A stretch of DNA of 54,870 nucleotides from Catajapyx aquilonaris (taxonomy: Eukaryota), in NCBI GenBank assembly GCA_000934665.2, contig KZ538669.1, positions 1-54,870 of the forward strand, read 5' to 3'. The position numbers were made by a program, and so were the translations under genes. The notes beneath the pieces are model-generated. The model made no database searches and was not told the DNA's origin. It was given only the letters and a program-made list of their open reading frames with translations. Positions 31,370 to 54,870 of the stretch are shown here, piece after piece; position 1 is the stretch's first letter, and each line of letters starts with the position of its first letter.

Positions 31370-31885
31370 TCTATTGTTCAATTTAATTAAACTAGATATT
31401 GGATTGGACAATTGAGATTTCCAGTGAGTCTCTTTTCACCCTCGAGTGAGTTTGGCTCCATCCTCGAAAAATGCTCCGGAGAAAAGCTGCGAATCGATTC
31501 AGTGTCTTTGGAGCTACGGTAGCCTCAGATTTTCACATTATCTTGTGTCACTTGGGCGTGGGCGCGGTGCCAAAACATTTGACTCTCGACATTTTGGAAA
31601 TGTGTTCTCCGATATTTGACACAACATCAATCATCGTCACTCTTTCCAATCTGATCACGAGCCAATATCCTGTTACATTGTTTAACACATCCGCAAAAAA
31701 AAATGAAGTGTTCCTATCAAAAATAACGTTCGGTATACCTGTTTGCTTTCTGGCCCACGATAACACCATGTGACTGACTCTGGCATTGTAATTAGCGCAC
31801 GAGTCATGAACACCTCCCGTTGTCAAGACCTGTAATTGCTAAGCGTCGCAGAGGTGGCTTTTCCCATTGACGGAAAGGTCGTGGG

Positions 31886-31893
31886 TGACGTCA
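31886..31893. promoter_or_regulatory. Palindromic CRE about 300 bp upstream of the Syt1 first coding exon
   Basis: TGACGTCA; a second copy lies at 33879-33886 in Syt1 intron 2. Motif match only. Confidence 0.3.
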
Positions 31894-32195
31894 GAGGCAT
31901 CTGTCGAATCCTGAACAATCCTGTCTCTAGTGGATCACAATGGAGTTAGGGCTGAGCCTAGTAGTAGGAGCAAGTCAAGGCGTGTAATTAAAAGCGAATC
32001 CAGGTGCAATTAGGCACTAATCTGAAATGATTAGATGGGTGCGCTGAAAATAAAATGAGTTCATGTATGCGTTAGCTGCTAGTGGCCAATATGGTGTTTA
32101 CATGCGAGTAAGCTAAATTTTGTGGCTGTCGTCGCAACCTGTTAGTGTTTTAACGAGCGTTGATTAACTGGTTTGTTTACTCTTTAGATACAAGC

Positions 32196-42825
<10,630 letters not shown>

Positions 42826-43719
42826 GGTCAGCTGACTGTTCCACAAGCAATGTCACTGAATATTATTCTCCTTAATGAAACTACACCTTTATAGCTATAA
42901 TGCGGTGGCCAACCCCAGCTTTGTCTCTTTCTGTTGGGTGTTCACTGCATGACATTCGGCCATATCGGTAATGACAATGGGCCGGTTATTTAAGGTGGCA
43001 TTTGAGTAACTTCTACTGCTTTCTTAGTAAATTAAATGAGATGAGTAGGCATATACTGTAAGTTCTCATAATAGCCGCATTTCTCTCCCCCCCCCCCCCC
43101 AAAGATCTAGTTATTTTTGAAATGAATTTTAAGGACCATTTGCGGTTCCGAAGTTTGGCAATCGTCATTGGCTACCTTACTATAAAATTTTCAGATCTGA
43201 AATCATACCTTGTGTCATACTCTCTTTTTCAGAGTCTTGGAGCGAGCGAGTGAGCAACCGCAGTCAGATGAGCCCCTCCATCAACAAACTATAACCAACA
43301 ATGCGAACCAGAGCCCCAATTATAGACCTCCCCCCCTCCTCTACCCATATATCCAAAACTCCCTCATCCTTTACCTACTCCAATGCATAATGCCATCGGG
43401 GAAAAAATGATACCCCTGCCCCTGGAAGCGTTCTGTGTTTGTCATATATTCTATTCCGCGTTAAATGAGTGTTGGATAATTACCGGTCCTGATTGGTCAG
43501 GCCGCGTTCGTCAAATATTCCTTCCTCGGTCGTGCGTATTCGTGGGCTTTTATTTTCGTTCTACCACCAAAAACAAATGGAGATTAAGAAAAAAAAAGTA
43601 TATAAATATGTGTGTATTAAACCTACCTCGGGGGGCTCCGATTCCACGTTATAGGTGTGCGTGAAACTAACTGCGCGTGACTTTTTCACCACCATATTAT
43701 TTTGAAGCGTTGTTTTGTA

Positions 43720-43864
43720 TAGGGTGACCAAGAAGTTGGTCAAAAATGGTAAGAAGACGCGGGCTTTGTGACGTAATGCAAAAATTAGCATTTAAAAATA
43801 CTGTAACGTCACAGAAATCTCACGTTTTTGAGACTCATTCGACGCTGACTTTTTGGTCACCCTG
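43720..43864. mobile_element. Tc1/mariner-like MITE in the probable Syt1 3' UTR
   Basis: TA|TAGGGTGACCAAGAAGT ... ACTTTTTGGTCACCCTG|TA. Confidence 0.75.
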
Positions 43865-46007
43865 TACATGATGGAAGGACCGGGTTATGACAGATTGAGG
43901 TCGTCAGTGCCACAAACGATTCAATGATAAATGATAATAATTGATACCCTTTCCGCCAGAGTGATACAAAATGTTTGAAAAAATAATATATATATATATG
44001 GAAGGATACAACAGTTTTAAAAAATTAGCAGTCTGCCGACGTCACGTTTTTTGTATGTTACACTTGAGGAGCCTTAGGGAATGCAAGTGCAGAAGAGAAG
44101 ATGCCGTAATAAGTTAGAAAAAAAACATTAGATCCTTCCCCCAAAATAAAAAAAAATTATCTATCCTTAACCTATTGCAAATTTCTCTTGACCTGCTGTA
44201 AATATTGCCTGCGGTCACAAAACCTCCCCCTCCCCCTCGAAGAAGACAGTGGTTACTAGATACGCGTTTTTTCCCGTCCCTTTTCTAACTCTATCTCTGT
44301 CTGGCTTATTTTTCTCCCGCCATATTTTTATTAGTTTCTCCCTTCCTCTCCAACCTTCCCAAAATTTTAAACCTGTAACCCCCCCAAAAAAAATAGTTGT
44401 CCTCGCTCTCTCATGTATCGACTCATATCAGCCTCTTCCTAAAAACAACCAACGCTAGACTTCAGCCCCGCCCTATAACTTAAGTGGTATTTGATACAAG
44501 CAGCAATTGAAAAATGTAGTGCTAATTAGTGAGCGCATGATCTTTGTTTGGCTCACATACCAGCCAGTCACCCACATGCTAAACACTGCTGACTTCCACA
44601 GTTGATCAGTAAGCAACCAGAGGTTTTGGGGGCGGGACTGAAGTTTTGCAGCGGATTTGCCGTGTGTGTCAGTAAGTTCCCATCTGTGATGCTGTGTACT
44701 TCAAAAACAACTCTAAAAAAAAGGCTAGATGATATCACCCAGAGATAAAGAAAAAATAATATATCTATATATAAATATATGATAAATATTACACGGTCCC
44801 CCCTACAATTGTCTGGCGATGTCGGGTCCTTCTCGAGTGTGAGAAACGAAACATGATTAATTACCAACCAGGAGAAATATATACAAAAAAAAATCTAGTC
44901 AGAGACTAGTGCGTATAGATGAGGCTTTTAAAGAGAACATTTTTTGCCTCTTGCAACGCATTTTTTTTGGCCAACATATTTCTTTTTTCCACGATCCTTC
45001 GCCAGACTGGACCGTAGAGGAGATAGTTCCATGTAAAAGGGTCCCACTAATTTGTCCAGGAAACAATAAACAACCGTGACGTGAACCACCCACTCTTTGT
45101 TGAACTATTTCACACATCTTTTCTAGTGGTGTCACATTGGATTCTACACAACGATCCATCATACTGTATGACTTGGAGAATATACCAAGTACACACTGAG
45201 TTTTTCTCATTTTAGGTCAGTTTATCGGGTACTCACATTGTGTGGCGTAGATGTAAGCTGATACACATTCATCACTATGGTGTATACAGTATCCCCACAC
45301 TCCACTTTGTTTGCTGACAAAATATTCAAAAGCCATTTTAATAAAAATGTGGAATTTGCTCATTGTTACGGACACTTTCATACGAGAAGGGCTGATGTAT
45401 CGACCCAAGTTACCGTACCGGTATATCAGCAGAATCAGTATTATTTTTATTGGCATTGTGCCACGCATTCTACATGTTGTGCTGTAGATCCAAGATTAGT
45501 AGCAGAATACACTTGCGCACTTGAGCCACATGTGAGCAATATGAATTGCCATGAGGTATGTGGTTGTAAAATGCAATGAGGCAAAAAATTCTATTTGGTT
45601 TATAATGCGGAAAAACTATACAAATATAATTATTCCGAGTCCCAATTTATTTATTTCGCTATGAAGAATGTAGTGTGTAGTAGCCTACATGTAGAGCTTA
45701 TTGCGGTATTTATAAATGTTACATAACTTATTTATTTTAATATTATGTTAAAATATTTATGCAGGTGACAGGCATTCCTTCATACATCATGTGCTAGCTT
45801 CACTTCATGAGAATACAGTATATTCCCAAGGAATATTCAGGCAATGCGCGCTCTGTTTTAAAAACTACAAAAATCTCCAACGATAGTATCGCAACACAAG
45901 ATCGTATCGTAAAACGATAGTGGTAGTTAGTTGGCAACGTGTGCCAAAGTAGGTAGATTCGGCTTCGTGTCCGTCCACTTGCTGCTAAGAAAGGTGCCGA
46001 AAGGTAG

Positions 46008-51976
<5,969 letters not shown>

Positions 51977-52545
51977 AAACTGCGAAAAAACTGTGCTTTT
52001 TGTTTTCAGTACTGGTTTGTGTTTTGCAAGCATAGAGTGAGTATTCTTGACAGATGTCTATTCTCTTTATGAAATGTTTTCAGCAGTAACAGCAATAAAC
52101 TGGTGTGCCTAGTTATAAATGAATTATTTTTGGGGGTGTGAGAGTGTTTTAATTTGTGCCAGTGAATGTTGACAGGGTGCAAGGTATATATGTTAAAAAT
52201 CCAGTGCATTACTCTGCATGTACATGATGGTGCATGTATGCCATGTAAGTTATGGTACAGTACTATTAAAAAGGAGTGGAGAGTTGATTTTGTTTTACAT
52301 GCAAGGACATGGTGAATCAAAATTATCAGATGGTCTTCAAAAGTGTGTATTCTAGATCACATGTGCATGTACACCTTGATAAGCATCACTGATTTGTCAT
52401 CTGAGCTTTAATGGGTGTCGAAGCAAGGGTGGGATAGGAGCTAGAGAACATCAGCACCCAGGTGTCATAGTAATGTTTAACAGTGGAGCCCAGCAGGTGG
52501 TTTGTCCAGGATCCCACATTGGCCCCCTCAGCTCTGTCCATATAA

Positions 52546-52803
52546 CAGTGGTTTCCAACCTTTTACCAACTGTGACCCCCTAAACATGTTTCCATAAATG
52601 TGCGGACCCCCCCACTTCCTCTATTCCCCTGGCCCCTTCTACAACTTCCCCCTTTCCAGAAACCATACCATCTGTATGGCCGCAAAAATGGTTCAATAGA
52701 CACAGAAACTGCAAAAAACAAAAAAACAACACAAAAACAACACACACACAAACAAATTGAACCAAGGCTCGCGACCCCCCCCCCNCCCGGTTGGAAACCA
52801 CTA
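52546..52803. mobile_element. hAT Charlie/Buster-like MITE
   Basis: TIRs CAGTGGTTTCCAACC and GGTTGGAAACCACTA. The flanking 8-mers both have a central TA but otherwise differ. Confidence 0.8.
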
Positions 52804-53663
52804 ATGTAGTAGCTCTTTGCCCATTCAATACCAATGAAGTGAAGTTTTCTAAAAGGCAGTCAGGCAGCAAAGTATAGCAACTGATGCTATGCATACTTTG
52901 ATGCAAATGTGCATCCTACAGGTGGTTGGTTCGGATGCAATGCATATTTTAATGGATGAAACTGGTCTGGCAGTTCCCTGACTGTTCTCTCTATGACAAT
53001 TTAGTCCCTGGTGCTTTTTCCCTGGCTCATTCGCCCCTATGACAATTTAGCCCCCATTACATAAGCTTATCTGGAGAATTTGACCCCATAATTATATATT
53101 TCTTGCCTAGATTTTGTCAAGGGTGTGTGGCAATTCGAAGCTACCAACCAGCTACCAACAGTACCGGCAACAAAAATAGAGCTGCATTTTCTCGGCAGAT
53201 ACCGAGGTGTCATGTGACTGTCAGCTGTGCAATATCCATCTCGTCCATTTTTGATGAAAGGCTATAGTCTCCAAAGCGTCACAATTTGAGCAACGTCCCT
53301 TCGCTGTACTCAATATTTTTTCTATAAAATGTCTTCGTCTAATTATGTAGAATGCTGCTTCATTTGACTTCCATTAACAAAGGAAAGAGGCTTCGGACGG
53401 ACCAAGGTTATAGTTACATCTTCCAGAAGGCAGGGCGTGATGATAAAAGACTAAGTGTGAGGAGGCATATACAGTAGATCTAAGTGTCACAGACGAGTTC
53501 ATACTCTATTAGGTGAAATCATTCATTGGAGTGATAATCATAATTACGCAGCAAATGTGGCGAGGTAGGGGGCTAGGGAGGCATATGACGACATTAAAAC
53601 TCTGGCAGGAAACACGCTAAGTACTCCTGCGCACATCGCATTCGAGGCAACATTCCAGTGTTA

Positions 53664-53907
53664 AGGGTGGTATCCACTGCTCAATATCAAGGGGTTTCAA
53701 CCCGTTCAACCCCTTGAATCAACCCTTCGAGGGTCTTGAACCTTGCTTGAACCGAGTAGAGCATGGCCTTACTTGATTCAACCCATTGAATTCAAGGGGT
53801 TGAATCAAGTAGGGCCGTGCTCTACTCGGTTCAAGCCCGCTCAAGGGGTTGATTCAAGGGGTTGAACGGGTTGAAACCCCTTGATATTGAGCAGTGGATA
53901 CCAGCCT
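53664..53907. mobile_element. Almost fully palindromic PIF/Harbinger-type (Tourist-like) MITE
   Basis: TTA TSD on both sides. Arms AGG(G/C)TGGTATCCACTGCTCAATATCAAGGGGTTTCAACCCGTTCAACCCC... fold back to a centre at GAATTC near 53789-53794. Confidence 0.9.
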
Positions 53908-54468
53908 TTAGTGGAGGCTTCTCTCTCGGAAGGAAACACTGAAAATAGCGATTCTTACCCAAAACAAATGCCACTTCCGGCACGTTACTGGCCATGTACG
54001 AGAAAAGTATCAAGATAAAGAAGATCCCGACTTTTCTCTTTGGCTCATCTGCCTTCTCTGGCATTTATCCCCGCAGAAAATGCGGTGTCTTACAGCAGCT
54101 GTTTTCTTCAACCTGATTCGAAAGTAACGATCAACTTTTAGTAGGCCTATAGACTTTATCGATTAATTCGAAAGCACTTGGATGGGCAGACTTGTTCGGG
54201 CTAATAGGCAACGACGTGTCCCCCTATATGCCTCGAAATGAGGAACTACTTCGATCAGACCCACAACTCCACAAGGACATATTTCACAAACAAATAACGC
54301 AATCGATGGATGGAATCGAGGATAATAGTCCCATAATTAGAAATTTAATGATGCCCTGCAACAGGGGCGCAACTATAGGTTCTTTGTTACCCTGGGCAAA
54401 CTAAGGGCACATTTCCTTTAATGCAATATTTATTTTAATTGTAGTTCAAAGTATTAATTTTACTTGAT

Positions 54469-54707
54469 GGGCGACATGGTGGCGGATTGGTTAGCGCCAC
54501 AGCCTTCCACCTCTAAGGTCCCGAGTTCGATCCGCTGGTCGGACGGATACTTATGTGGATAGAGTTTCGATGGGTTCTCTCCGTGTTCGCGTGGGATTCT
54601 CCCGTTTCCTCCCGCAATCAAAATCCATAACAGCGCAGGCAATGATTAAAGTCTGTTAAAGGCCTATCACGGGTTATCCAGTATTATTATTATTATTCTT
54701 CTTCTTC
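54469..54707 (+). mobile_element. tRNA-derived SINE with V-domain-like core (copy 2)
   Basis: Collinear with 14822-15080; ends in a (TAT)n/(TCT)n tail. Confidence 0.85.
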
Positions 54708-54717
54708 TGTCGGTGTT

Positions 54718-54870
54718 GTTGCAATTGGATCTATATCAGAGGTATGCCACCATTGTCAGGCAAAGAAGTGGACGGGTGAAACAAAAGCGATCTGTTGCTC
54801 CATTGGAAAGGTTAGCCTTCCTCTACTGGCTGAGCCCCCACAGCTACTTAAAATGCTCCTCTTATAGGCA
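54718..54870 (+). mobile_element. Helitron RepHel N-terminal Cys-rich fragment, decayed
   Basis: Translates VAIGSISEVCHHCQAKKWTGETKAICCSIGKVSLPLLAEPPQLLKMLLL*, matching the Helitron motif IG...CxHCxAxxWxxE....CCxxGKVxLP...PP..L..LL. In-frame TAG at 54865-54867. Confidence 0.85.

Overview
Eukaryotic (intron-rich, AT-rich) animal genomic DNA, most likely an arthropod: the synaptotagmin sequence is arthropod-like, and there are (TTAGG)n-bearing MITEs and arthropod-type SINEs. Four spliced protein-coding genes were reconstructed by hand with phase-consistent GT-AG introns: a PPP1R32/SAXO4-like axonemal microtubule protein (minus strand, 3' end apparently outside the window), a heme catalase (9 coding exons, 507 aa, C-terminal PTS1 -ARL), synaptotagmin 1 (9 coding exons, about 447 aa) and GDP-L-fucose synthase (3 coding exons, 325 aa). 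Introns and intergenic DNA carry tRNA-derived SINEs of several types, many MITEs (piggyBac, hAT, Tc1/mariner/pogo and PIF-like, some nested), a Buster-type hAT transposase remnant, a Helitron fragment and a 338-nt assembly gap. The most notable observation is an apparent splice switch in catalase: an in-frame donor just before the PTS1 codons plus a near-consensus downstream acceptor would give a PTS1-less isoform ending ...NKSSK*. Other leads are tandem acceptors and candidate micro/cassette exons in Syt1, an ARE cluster at catalase, and CpG patterns suggesting mosaic DNA methylation. There are no prokaryotic-type systems, CRISPR arrays or rRNA, and no convincing tRNA gene. All homology calls are from recalled motifs, not database searches.
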